This document shows positions 39,098 through 51,186 of a DNA stretch of 64,000 nt, in pieces. This DNA comes from Octopus sinensis. Its lineage: Eukaryota. Position 1 is the first letter of the stretch. Each line of letters opens with the position of its first letter. The stretch spans positions 95,976,001 to 96,040,000 of the forward strand of contig NC_043003.1 in assembly GCF_006345805.1 (NCBI RefSeq). The letters are read 5' to 3'. Position numbers and translations under genes: made by a program. The notes under the pieces were generated by a model. That model was not told the origin of the DNA. It saw only the letters and a list, made by a program, of their open reading frames with translations, and searched no databases.

Positions 39098-39440
39098 TTG
39101 TTTGTCAAGTGTGCCATTCAGAAAGTCCTTCTGGCCTCGTGGATTCAGCAGGTTGCAAGACTTGCTCCATCCACTACAAGAGTAGATGTGGTAGGTTCAG
39201 ATAGAGGTAGCACCTCTAGTGACAGCACTGATCATGTTTCCTTGAAAACAAGTCATCTGCCTTTGGTTTCTACTTGATACCCAATTATGATCTGTGGCTT
39301 TGGGAACTGGTAACACATGTACCAGCTATAGCCTGGCAAACAGCTTTGACAATTAGAATGGACTAATCTTGATTCTAATTGTCAGACATGCCATTTCAGT
39401 AAGCATTGTACACCACTAAGAATGTGATAAGATACTTTAA

Positions 39441-39643
39441 CCCTTTCGTTGCTGTATTTATTCTTTCAATTACTTTAAATATAACAAAGAATTTAGTAAA
39501 ATAACTTAGTTATCATTCAGCTAGTGTTAGGAACGTAAATCGTGACTAAGATTTTGGTGGAAGATTTTAATGCAAAACTTATGAAAACAAAACACTTGTA
39601 CTCAGATCCAGAGCCGGTTTCAGCTAGGTTGGGAACAAAAGGG
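39441..39643 (-). mobile_element. piggyBac-type MITE (same family as 8375-8595)
   Basis: TTAA-CCCTTTCGTT...AAAAGGG-TTAA, with the interior reverse-complementary to 8375-8595. Confidence 0.8.
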
Positions 39644-40037
39644 TTAAAAGCCCTAGTCATCTACTCTATCCAGTTCTACCACCAGATGTATTCAATCTGT
39701 GATTCACCTTTGTCTCAAATTAGCTCTAAATGAGAGAGTGAGGCTATCATTGTGCAACTGTCTCTCCCTTGAGTTCCATTTTTATACAAGACATCACAAA
39801 TTTGTTAAGCCAAGGTGTGCAAGTAAGGAATAGCCCCCTCCCACTAATGAAAATATGCTCCTTGTGATACCTGTTTCAACTGTCTTTATGTCTCCTTACA
39901 AAGAAAGCATGCCACCACCCATACTGTGACATGACAGTGATAACCAACCTTGGTTCTACATCATCTCCAACTTCTTTTACCATCATATTTGTGTATCTTT
40001 GCTCTATATGTTTACTCTACATACAAGGACACAGGTA

Positions 40038-40085
<48 letters not shown>

Positions 40086-40093
40086 TACATATA

Positions 40094-40946
40094 CAGGGTG
40101 CGATGAGTAAATTGTCACTATTTTATATTTTTTATTTCATGCATGCACATTTGTTGTTTTTAATTTTGTCCACTACACAATATAGTAAGGTCAGTTGGGT
40201 ATTGACTGATGCAATTCACTCTGCCAGAAATTTGGAAACGATATGCTGTATTGCTTGGCATTCCCCCTGGGAGCTCCAGTATGACCATTTTAGTGTTTGG
40301 GTGTCAATCTGAGTGTTTACCAAGTCTTCAAAATATGTACTGAGAGGGATAAAAATCAAACATCCAGTCAACATCATGGTGTTTGGAGTGATCGCTAGTG
40401 ATGGCGACATTATGCCTCCATTCATCTTCCCACATGGCCTCAGACTCAACATGGAGGCCTGGAGGAAGTGGTGCTGCCCTGAGTCAAGAGAGTGGCTGCT
40501 GGAAGAAACCTGTGTCTAGTAACAGGACTGCACCATGTCACCACAAGCAGGTGAACCCAGCCATGGCTATCAGACAATTTCTGCGACTGCATCACCCCTA
40601 ACATCTGGCCAACTAACTCCTCAGACTACAACCCCTTGATTGCTATGTATGGGGTGCAATTGAGTGAGAGACCAGCAAAATCCCTTGTAACATCAAAGAT
40701 GAACTGAAGGCAAGGATTATGGCAGCATTCACCAACTTAAACAAGGAGACCATCCAGAAGTGTTGCAGGAGATTCCGAAGTTTGGAGGCCATGGTTGAAG
40801 TCAATGACGATTTTATTGAATAGATTTACTCTTTAGTATTTCAAAATATTTTTATGTAATTTTGGTAAATATATCTGTCAAAATGAGATGTCGGTGTTAT
40901 TTTCCTTTTTGCATAATTTAGACAACAATTTATTTACCACAACCTG
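40094..40946 (+). mobile_element. Internally deleted DD37D (maT-type) transposon
   Basis: TA-CAGGGTGCG...ACAACCTG-TA ends; KHPVNIMVFGVIASDG, QD(S)APCHTS, and WPTNSSDYNPLD giving 37-residue spacing after frameshift correction. Confidence 0.75.
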
Positions 40947-41772
40947 TAATTATGTATGTATGTATGTATGTATGTATGTATGTATGTATGTATGTATGTA
41001 TGTATGTATGTATGCATGTATGTGTGTGTGTGTATGTGCGTGTGTGTGTGTATAGATATATACACATATATAAACAATTTCAGCCTATATTTTGGTTTAG
41101 TTTTCAGTTTTAAAAATCCAACAGACAGCACCATATCTTTTCTCATTTTCCCTGGGATATCCTAAAATGTTTGTTATAATGTTGCTTCAATAGGAATTCT
41201 AGTATGGTGCCATCCTTTCTAAAACTAAGATATGTAATTTTTTCCTTTGCTTCCTCTTCAATCAGAACCTGTGGTATAGAAACACCATTAGGTTTTACAA
41301 AATTCTCCCAGATAAATTTTTAAAAATCTGGGTACTGTGTTAAACTTTTGTTTGTGTTACAAACGAAGTATAATTACCTTTAACACAACCACTATCTTAA
41401 AAAATTTAAATGCCTGACCTTGTGTGAATGTCATTATCATTACTGTTATTATTGTTATCTTAAATTTATTTTTCAAACTGTTTAAGAAACCTTTTGTAAT
41501 TTTTGTTTCTTTTTACTCATTCAGCTGTGTAATTTGCTTTTGTGTTGTCATTTTTGTCTTGTTTGCTATTACAGTATCTTGACTTGTGATTGTGTCTGAT
41601 AACCATTTAGAATCTGAAACTGTGACTGGCACATACAAATAAATAAAATAAAGTCTATAAAAAAAGCTTTCATTTTTGGTTGGTACTGAGGGCAGGTTTT
41701 CCTCAGGTAATTATAATTCCTTTTAGCAACTATTCCAAAGAAAATTTTAATTTGGTAATGCCTAAAATAAAG

Positions 41773-42323
41773 TTAGAAATATTGAATTTCTAAATGTCTC
41801 AAGAGAGACATAAGTGGTGGTGGAGCAATATAGTGGTTGTATACTGTCATCTCAATGTGACAATCCCGTAAGGGAATTACACCACCGCCATTTAGCCCTA
41901 GGAAACATCGACGTCTCCTGTCGGCTTTGACACATTTATATTTGCAAAGGGGAGGCAATCACCCCTGCCAGCTGGGACTAAGCACCTGAAGACATATGTT
42001 TCAGAGTGTATTGCTCGTCGTCAGTTCAGGGTAGCTTGTCTCGCTCGCTGAGATGACTGCAACCTCTTCGCAAATATCTCATATTTTCAGTAAAATTTAT
42101 TTACCAATCACTGAAATTAGAAATATCGAATTTCTAAATGTCTCAGAGAGACATAAGCGGTGGTCTTCAGGTGCTTAGTCTCAGCTGGCGGGGGTGATTG
42201 CCTCCTCTTTGCAAATATAAGGACACAGAAAATGTGTCAAAGCCGACAGGAGATGTCAATGTTTCCTAGGTGTAATTCCCTGTAGGAACTGGCACATTGA
42301 GTTGACAGTATACATCCACTATA
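41773..42323 (-). mobile_element. Non-coding hammerhead element: 344-nt monomer with terminal redundancy plus an inverted partial copy
   Basis: Direct repeat 41773-41821 / 42117-42164 and inverted repeat 41829-41993 / 42163-42323. Confidence 0.85.
41985..42030 (-). ncRNA. Type I hammerhead ribozyme (46 nt)
   Basis: Minus strand CCTGAA-CTGACGA-C-GAG(CAATACA)CTC-T-GAAACATATGTC-TTCAGG: 6-bp helix I, palindromic helix III ACATATGT, GUC site, cleavage between 41991 and 41990. Confidence 0.8.
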
Positions 42324-42624
42324 AAATAAAGATGTCTTGGAGAAAGAAGAAAATGTGTCTTCATGCCACTAGAGTCGATGATGATGATGTTGATGATTCC
42401 TATATGCAGTAGATAAACTATGACTCTGATGAATGTTCCTGCCATCTAACTGTCTTGATATTTACATATTTTCATGACTAAAAATTTGTAATAAACTAAA
42501 CACCATATCTTGTGGAAAAGATAACTAAATGGTTCGTATAAAAAATATAGGTAGTTATTTCAGAATTCAAACAAGAAAACTCAGGCAGTGTTAGAGCTCT
42601 ATTGAAAACTTAAATTCCTCTTTG

Positions 42625-43055
42625 TGTGGTAAGTAGCTTGCTTACCAACTACATGGTTCTGGGTTCAGTCCCACTGCATGGCACCTTGGGCAAGTGTCTT
42701 CTACTATAGCCTCGGGTTGACCAAAGCCTTGAGAGTGGATTTGGTTGATGGAAACTGAAAGAAGCCCATCGTATATATGTATATGTATATATCAGTAATT
42801 ATTCTATCGGTCTCTTTTGCCGAACCACTAAGTTACGGGGACGTTAACACACCAGCATTGGTTGTCGAGCAATGTTGGGGGAACAACCAATGCTGGTGTA
42901 TTAACGTCCCCGTAACTTAGCGGTTCAGCAAAAGAGACCGATAGAATAAGTACTAGGCTTACAAAGAATAAGTCAAGGAGTTAATTTGCTCGACTAAAGG
43001 CAGTGTTCCAGCATGGCTGCAGTCAAGTGATTGAAACAAATAAAAGAGTAAAAGA
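42625..43055 (+). mobile_element. Family-B SINE with an internal inversion
   Basis: Head 42625-42790 on +, segment 42799-42882 inverted, tail 42883-43055 on +. Confidence 0.8.
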
Positions 43056-43129
43056 GTAAAAGAATACAGGTAGTTATTTCAGAATTCAAACTAGTTGTTA
43101 TATGGGAAAAGGTTCTCATTGAAGAGGAA

Positions 43130-43835
43130 AGGAAAGGTCTATAGGAGTTGTGTGAGAGCTGCAATGCTGTATGGGAGTGAGACATGGTGTTTGAGAGATG
43201 GCAATTTTGAGAAGGACTAAGAGAGCAATGGTGAGAGAAATATGTGGCATGAGGCAGTTTGATAAGAGGACTGAAGACTTGATGGGGATGCTGGGTTTGA
43301 AGGAATTAGAGGAATGGTTTGCAAGGGCGAATGGAGTGTGGTGGTATGGGGGAGCTGGCAGAATTATTAGCACACCGGGCGAAATTCGTAGCCGTATTTC
43401 GTCTGCTGTTACGTTCTGAGTTCAAATTTCGCCGAGGTCAACTTTGCCTTTCATCCTTTCGGGCTCGATAAATTAAGTACCAGTTACGCACTGGGATCGA
43501 TGTAATCGACTTCATCCATTTGTCTGTCCTTGTTTGTCCCTTCTGTGTTTAGCCCCTTGTGGGCAGTAAAGAAATAGGTATGGGCATGTGTTGAGGAGGT
43601 ATGAGGAGCATGTTCTGAAGAGGGTGCTAGAGTTTGAGGTAAATGGACAGCGAAAGCAAGGTAGACCGAGGAAAATGTGGAGGGGACATGTGGAAGAGGA
43701 GACTAGGAGGGTTGGCTTGAGAAGGGAGGATGCCCAAAACAGGGCAAGATGGCAAGATGGTGTGAGGGCAGTTGCTATGGCATTGAGGTAAATCCGGCCA
43801 TCCCCGTTAACGGGGACAAAACCTGGATTTAAACT
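43130..43835 (+). mobile_element. RTE C-terminal fragment interrupted by a SINE
   Basis: AMLYGSETW...GVWWYG | HVLRR...GRPRKMW. Confidence 0.85.
43351..43576 (+). mobile_element. Family-A SINE nested in the RTE
   Basis: TSD GGTATGGG at 43343-43350 and 43577-43584. Confidence 0.88.
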
Positions 43836-44083
43836 AATGGAAGAAAAACAATTATCTTAAGCAAAAAGACAGCAAGCTGGCAGAAACATTTAAATGCCAG
43901 ACAAAATATTTAATGGCATTTCATCTACTTTTATGTTTTGAGTTCAAACATCAACTTTGCTTTGCATACTTTTGGAGTTAATAAAATAAGTACCTGTTGA
44001 GGACTGGGATCAATGTAATCGACTTACTCCATTTCCTAAAATTGCTGATCTTGTCCCAAAATTTGAAACCATTATTACCTTAA

Positions 44084-44267
44084 CCCTTCCATTACCAACC
44101 CAGCTGAAACCGGCTGTGGCTCTGTAGTACAAATGTCTTGTTTTCATAAGTTTTGAATTAAAATCTTCCACCAAACCTTAGTCACAATTTATGCTCCTAA
44201 CACTAGCTTAATGATGACTAAGTTATTTTACTAAATTCTAAATTACTAAATTTCGGTAACGAAAGGG
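44084..44267 (+). mobile_element. piggyBac-type MITE (internally shortened)
   Basis: TTAA-CCCTTCCATTACC...GGTAACGAAAGGG-TTAA. Confidence 0.8.
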
Positions 44268-45224
44268 TTAACCAAAGAGCCATTTTTCTCAGTCAAGCTT
44301 ACCACTAAAATGGAGCCATGATTATGAGGTTTTTGTTGATGGCTGGAGTATAACAGACCATTCCATATTACACTCAGTCAGCATTAGTTTTTGGCTGAAT
44401 AGATGGGAGCAATGAGAAATGAACATAACTTGCTGCTTCATTCAGGAATTGAACCCATGACATAACTGCAAGATGAACACCCAAAACCACTGTCATACAC
44501 CTTCACTAAAGTCAGAAGAATCAGGTAGGTTCACTCATGAGTACAAAATATTAGCTGCAGTATGCTCATTGATCTTGTACCAAAAAAAAAAAAAAAGAAA
44601 AAACCACAGATAATAATTCATTGCTATCTGTTGTTTCTAAATTCCTTTCAGACACCTGGCATAAAATGTGATGTGTGGGGAAATTTTGTGACATTCATAA
44701 CTTTCTCAAAGACATTATTGATAAAAGTACAATGAAGTAGCACCTTGCATCAAATTGTCTCAGTTTTGCAAAAGTTTAATGTCTCCTGCACACATGTTAT
44801 CACTAATTAATATTGTATAGAATCAATCCTCATGTCTAACGATGAGGCTCTAAATTATTGATTTGATATTAATCTTCAATTGCATGGTTTGTGACTTCCT
44901 ATTTTGTTTCCTTGACAACCAACATACCTAAATCTAATTGTCTTGGACTGTATAGTTAGGTCTCAGATCAGAGCAATCAACTTCTGAATTGAACAGAATG
45001 GTGTAAAACTAAGTGAATATCTGAAAAGTTTCATGTATCAGGCTTTGCAGCCTGAATTTGAATTCTGTGAAGCAGCAAAAAGCTATAAGCAATGGTAGAG
45101 TTCATAGTGGTAGTGGTATTCGTGGTGGTGGTGGTGGGGGGGAATAAGCAGCAAGGTAAAAGAGAGATAGTGAGAATAACTAAGAAAATCTTTACTCAGA
45201 ATTACATTTTAATGAATTTATAAA

Positions 45225-45710
45225 AGGATGAAAGAAGAGGAAAAGAGGGAAAAGAAATAGGAGTTGGAGGAGGAAGAGGAGGAGGGGAAAAGAAGGAGGG
45301 GAGGATGAGGAGGATGAAGATGATGATGAGGATAATGATGATGAAGATGATGCTGTTTTTGTTGATGCTACTGCTACAACTGTCCTCCTCCACTCCTTCT
45401 CCTCCTCTTCCTCCTCCTCCTCCTTCTTCTTCCCTTCTTTTTCTTCTTCTTCTTCTTCTCCTTCTCCCCCTCCTCCTCCTCCCCTTCTTTTTCTTCTTCT
45501 TCTTCTTCTCCTTCTACCCCTCCTCTTCCTCCTCCCCTTCTTCTTCTTTTTCTTCTTCTTCTCCATCTACCCCTCCTCCTCCTCCCCCATCCTCCTCCTT
45601 CTTCTCCCCTCCCCTCCCCCTTCTTCTTCTTTTTCTTCTTCTTCTTTTTCTTCTTCTTCTTTTTCTTCTTCTCCTCCTCTTCCCCTCCTCCTCCTCCTCC
45701 TCCTTCTTCA
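45225..45710. repeat. Purine-rich then pyrimidine-rich (GAA/GGA, CTT/CCT) low-complexity tract
   Basis: Direct reading. Confidence 0.9.
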
Positions 45711-47131
45711 GTGTATTAGCTGATACTGTATTAAAGTGCCACTGGTCTGTATTTCTTAGTTTTTCTTTTTTTCATTCTTCTCTACACATGTATGTTCCTA
45801 TTGATTTATCTGTTTTGTCATCCATATAGATTTCTCTTTGTGTGCAACTACACACCAACATGAAACTTAGATAGCTATTATTTATTGTGATGTTTTCTCC
45901 CTCTTTAGTTGCCTTTCGTATATAAAAAAAAGAAAATGAATAAATAAGTACCAAAGAAAAAAAACAAAACAAACAAACCCAGATAATGCTGACAAGATTA
46001 TAGTTATTTTGCTTGTCTCCATTGAGAACCATGTGAATCTGACTGGAAAAATAAGAAGTTTAAATCTTTAAGTTCAAATAGCATTAGGATTTTGATCTTG
46101 ATTTTCATTGCCAAAGGTCGATAAATCAAGTACCTGGTATTTTTAAGGTTAATCCAATTGATTAGATTATGTTCACTCCTTTGTGATTTTCTGACCTTGT
46201 ATCATTTGTGGAAATCAATATTATAATTATCATTGGCATTATAATCATTATTATTACTATGGTTAATAAGATCAAAACATGTAATATTTAGTTTGAACAT
46301 CAGTGGGGAAAAAAATGAGGGAAATCAAGAGAGATAGTTGTTCTGGAGAGGAAAGATGAGGGGAAAGTGTTAACTGCAAGGTCTGCAAATCAGGCAAAGA
46401 GTGGGGATGAGGGAAACACCTTATGATATTGCATTACATCTATCATATTGCAATTTGATACCTACCAAGTTTGACTTTGTAGGTCATCCTTCTGGGATCG
46501 ATACCATGTGTACCAATGACTTGATAGATGCACATTGGGTTTTATTTAAGTACGTTTCCCCACAATCAGATGTGGTTGTATGGTAAAATGTTTGCTTCTC
46601 AACCACCACATGGTTCTGGGTTCAATCCTATTGCATAGCAATAGTGTCTTCTACTGTAGTCCCTGTGCTGACCAAAGATTTGTGAGTGGATTTGGTACTC
46701 AGAAACTGAAAGATGCTCATTGTATCATCATCATCATCATCATCATTTAATGTCCGTTTTCCGTGCTAACACGGGTATATATACATATCATCATCATCAT
46801 CATGATATATATTGCATATATACATACAGTTTCTGGGACTGTAAAAATCTGCAACACCTTCTTAAGATTTAAAGGATGACAGTTAAATCAAGAGACTTTC
46901 CTTCACAACATCACTACCAAGCAGGTGACCAGTCAAAATTTACTCTAAATTAAAAAGAGAAAGGAATCTATACACACACACACACATACACACACACAAA
47001 ATAGTAATTAGCAACAGAAGCAGTATTAATACTGGAAGGTGATATTTATTCCCATATAAAAGTAGATGTATTAGAACAAAGAATAGTGTGGTAGTTAACA
47101 TGAGAGAATCTCTCATATTGGCTTTTGGTGC

Positions 47132-47204
<73 letters not shown>

Positions 47205-47472
47205 ATATGTATATATATATATATAATCATGTCAAAGGGAAATGGAATTTAATTAAGATTAAAACACTCAATCAAAATTTACATTTCCAGTGGTCTAACG
47301 TGCAAAAAAATTAGTCAAAAAGACTATATTTTAGTCATACGATATAGTGTATATTTAAACACATAAGGAATCCACTTATAGGGAATTCAGCACGCTAGAA
47401 AGAACAGCTAGGTTCTGTAAACCACAAAAATAACGGATAAAATTTTTGCACATTAGACCACTGGAAATGTAG

Positions 47473-47517
<45 letters not shown>

Positions 47518-47644
47518 TGGCCTTCTCGCTTAGCCAGTGGGGTGGCGTCATTCGAAGGCTAAAACAATGCGAATGCATTGTGACCAGCAATGGTCTGGTC
47601 GGTCACGTGATCACGTGATATATATATATATATATATATGAATG

Positions 47645-47688
<44 letters not shown>

Positions 47689-48182
47689 TCCTATTACTCT
47701 GTCACTCTCTCTCCCTCACTCCTCCTCCCTTGCTCACGTGGCTCCCACATGACCATCGGCCATCTTTCTTTCTTCTCCTAACTTGTGTTTCTTTCTTTTT
47801 CTCCATTGTATCTGAAACAAGGAAGATGTATTCTTGTCTGTCTCCTGTTCAAGTTGGATTTATTCATTCGCCACCACAACCTCATTCAGACTTAGCAACC
47901 CTTCCTGTTTGTTTTTACTGTCCTGTTTGCATTACAAATTTTGACCCTCCACAAAATCCCAAATTTTATTTAATTTGCTTTGCATTAGCAACTGTTTTAT
48001 CAAAAGAGTATATTGTTGTTAAATGCTCAAAATACGACAATAGAAAACAGCCAACAACTGATGAAGAACCGTTCTTTATGTTGTTTGTCTTGTTTTCCAT
48101 TTGTGTCTTTTGATGAACTCGTACTTTGTATTGTTTTTGTTGTACATGTTTCATGATGTATTGTGCCCTCATATGCATGTAT

Positions 48183-48930
48183 ATCATCATCATCATCATC
48201 ATCATCGTTTAACGTCCGCTTTCCATGCTAGCATGGGTTGGACGGTTCAACTGGAGTCTGGCAAGCCCGAAGGCTGCACCAGGCCAGTCAGATCTGGCAG
48301 TGTTTCTACAGCTGGATGCCCTTTCTAACGCCAACCCCTCCGAGAGTGTAGTGGGTGATTTTATGTGCCACCGACACAGGTGCCAGACGAGGCTGGCAGA
48401 CGGTCACGCTCGGATGGTGTTTTTTATGTGCCACCGACACAGGTGCCAGACAAGGCTGGCAGACGGTCACGCTCGGATGGTGTTTTTTATGTGCCACCGA
48501 CACAGGTGCCAGACGAGGCTGGCAGACGGCCACGCTCGGATGGTGTTTTTTATGTGCCACCGACACAGGTGCCAGACGAGGCTGGCAGACGGCCACGCTC
48601 GGATGGTGTTTTTTATGTGCCACTGACACAGGTGCCAGACGAGGCTGGCAGACGGCCACGCTCGGATGGTGTTTTTTATGTGCCACCGACACAGGTGCCA
48701 GACGAGGCTGGCGAACGGCCACGCTCGGATGGTGTTTGTTACGTGCCCTCAGCACGGAGGCCAGTCGATGCGGTACTGGCTACGGTCACGTTCAGATGGT
48801 TTTCTTATGTGCCACCGGCACTGGTACCATAAAGGATACAAATAGGATACAAATTCCATTGATGTACATCTATTTTGATTTGGTTTTGATTTTGATTTTC
48901 ACTTGCCTCAACAGGTCTTCTCAAGTGTCA
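48183..48930 (-). mobile_element. RTE 3'-UTR copy with six tandem 63-bp units (48359-48736)
   Basis: TTTTATGTGCC recurs at 48359, 48422 and 48485 and onward with period 63, which gives the 21-aa repeat ORFs. Confidence 0.88.
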
Positions 48931-48986
48931 CAATAAGGAAGGTATGCCCAGGTGGACTGACTACGTCCCAGGTAGGGACCATGGGA

Positions 48987-49030
<44 letters not shown>

Positions 49031-49285
49031 TATAGATGTATATATATATACACACACATATAGATGTATGTACATATACGTATGTATATATGCACATCAT
49101 CATCATCGTTTAATGTCCGTTCTCCATGCTACCATGGGTTGGACAGTTCGACCGGGGATCTGGGAAGCCAGAAGGCTGCAACAGGCTCCAGTCTGATCTG
49201 GCAATGTTTCTACAGCTGGATGCCCTTCCTAACACCAACCACTCCATGAGTGTAGTGGGTGCTTTTTAGGTGCCAGAGGCACATA

Positions 49286-49320
<35 letters not shown>

Positions 49321-49323
<3 letters not shown>

Positions 49324-49911
49324 TAAGAGAGTAACCACTATGTGGTCGACTCTAGCACTAAAAATAGATCTGCTAGGTTTCAACCACAAACACCCTTATT
49401 AGTTGATTGTAATTATACTACATTTAATTTTGGATGTAGTATCTGTTTCCGTGAATTTGGCGGGCTGTGGCAGGGGCACTTGAATTATAACAGCGAATGC
49501 AATCAACTGAACCGCACATGTGTTTATCGTTATGGTAAAATCTAACGTGCGGTTGAGTAAATTGTATTCTGGACGGGTTCGGCTGAAGAGCTGCAGATAT
49601 GTTATGTGAGTAAAATTACATAATTTATTAATAGCAAAACAATTGTCCTGAACTAATCTGCATTTTTGTTATTTTTATTTGCCCTGTTCATTTGCGTTAG
49701 TAGTTGTGCTAACTTTCATCGGAAACACTTCTTTGTGGCTGAAAACTAGCAGATCTATTTTTAGTGCTAGAGTCAACCACATAGTGGTTACTTTCTTATA
49801 TTTATGTATAAAATTTATCGAAATCCAGGTTTTTTATGCACTAAGCCACTTGGTGTTAAATGGATGTACTATTAAATTAGTATCCAATTTTCTCACCCTT
49901 ATTAGTTGATT
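49321..49911 (+). mobile_element. Non-coding hammerhead element: 503-nt monomer with 18-nt redundancy plus a 70-bp inverted arm
   Basis: CACCCTTATTAGTTGATT at 49391 and 49894. 49321-49390 is the reverse complement of 49732-49801 with 4 mismatches. (TA)n on both sides. Confidence 0.8.
49577..49653 (+). ncRNA. Type I hammerhead with G12-to-A substitution (predicted inactive)
   Basis: GTTCGG-CTGAAGA-GCT...AGC-AAAACAATTGTC-CTGAAC. Helix III is the palindrome ACAATTGT, and position 49636 is A instead of G. Confidence 0.65.
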
Positions 49912-49967
49912 ATATATATATATAATATATATATATAACAATATAAATAATATATATATATGATAAT

Positions 49968-50296
49968 TTTAAGTGCCTCATTTTTGTATAAGGGCTTATG
50001 GCAAACAAAGATGTGGAAATACGTGCAAGAATTCTCACAAAACTTGATCAAGTGGACCAAAGTGTAACCTGCAAACAGTTGTAGAGAAGTGTCAAAAAAT
50101 GGTAAACTTATGTCAGAACATAAAGAAAATTGAAGAGAAGGAGTTCTCACAAGTACAAGCATATTGACTAGGAAGGTATAAACAAAAGAATTTTAAGACC
50201 AAACCCATGCTACGGATGTGGAGCCCAACATTTTAGGAAGGATTGTCCTTTCAAAATACCAAAGTGTTACAGTTGCCAACAAGTAGGACATGGAGG
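49968..50296 (+). mobile_element. Ty3/Gypsy gag fragment with zinc knuckles
   Basis: FKCLIFV*GLMANKDVEIRARILTKLDQ and PCYGCGAQHFRKDCPFKIPKCYSCQQVGH, disrupted. Confidence 0.7.
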
Positions 50297-51186
50297 AAAA
50301 AGACAACAGAAAAAGAAGCAAACGGGAGAAAGAAATACAGAGACTTTACCTGTTGACCTAGGCGGGATGAGCGATCACTGTCAAGAAATAAACACGTCCT
50401 TGCACGCTGCTGTCTCTCCCCGAACTAGCCCGCCTGTGCTTCCTGCCCACGCGTGTGCCTGTGGCTGTTCCACCAGCCCCTGCAGTCTTCACTTCTGTCT
50501 ACCTCATCTGCAATCTTCTCCACCAACACCACATAGCTCATCACAGCCCATTACACCACAAACACCACAGTTAATAGCAACAGCTTTTCTTTTGTCAAAG
50601 TTTTCAAGAACGTTATATATTGCTTTGCAAGTACCAATGTTTGTAGCTTCAGGAAAGCAAGAGCTGGTGCATCATAAATTATACTGAAAGTCATTAAGAA
50701 AGGAAAGAGTTTGATGGTGATGACTGTGGTTGTTTAAGTGCTTCCACTGTCATGGAGATATTAAAAAGTTGATTGGATAACAGTTTCAAGGGTCAGTGAG
50801 ATTGTCCCTCTCAGCAGGTACTTAGAATAAATATGAATATAATAAAAAGTTTGCTGAAAATCGCATTAAGCTTTGGTGTGCACTATTTGCTAGTTGCCTC
50901 ATTCTGTTAGAGTGATTAGAAAAGTTTTCTCCATTATATGAGCATGATGAAGAAGGTGGAGTGCAGAAGAGAAGTGTGGGCAGATTTCTGTCATATTGCT
51001 TTGTGTAGCTTGGATCTAGAAATAAAGTGATCACAAATATGGAGCTTTTATTCATGGGAGTGCAACTTACAGAACACTTTTGGGTGAGGAATAGCAGGTA
51101 TGAAAGTTCTGCAAAGTTAGTATAGATTCCCTTGGCAAAAGCCAAGAAATTTAATGAAGTAAATGGAAAACTTAAGGCTATATGAT

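Noticed and set aside
45192-45829. Lys/Arg/Glu- and Leu/Ser/Pro-rich ORFs
   Set aside because: They are translations of GAA/GGA/CTT/CCT low-complexity repeats.
48225-48832. 21-aa repeat proteins, or a CRISPR-like array
   Set aside because: The 63-bp units are near-identical with no unique spacers and lie in an RTE 3' UTR of a eukaryote.
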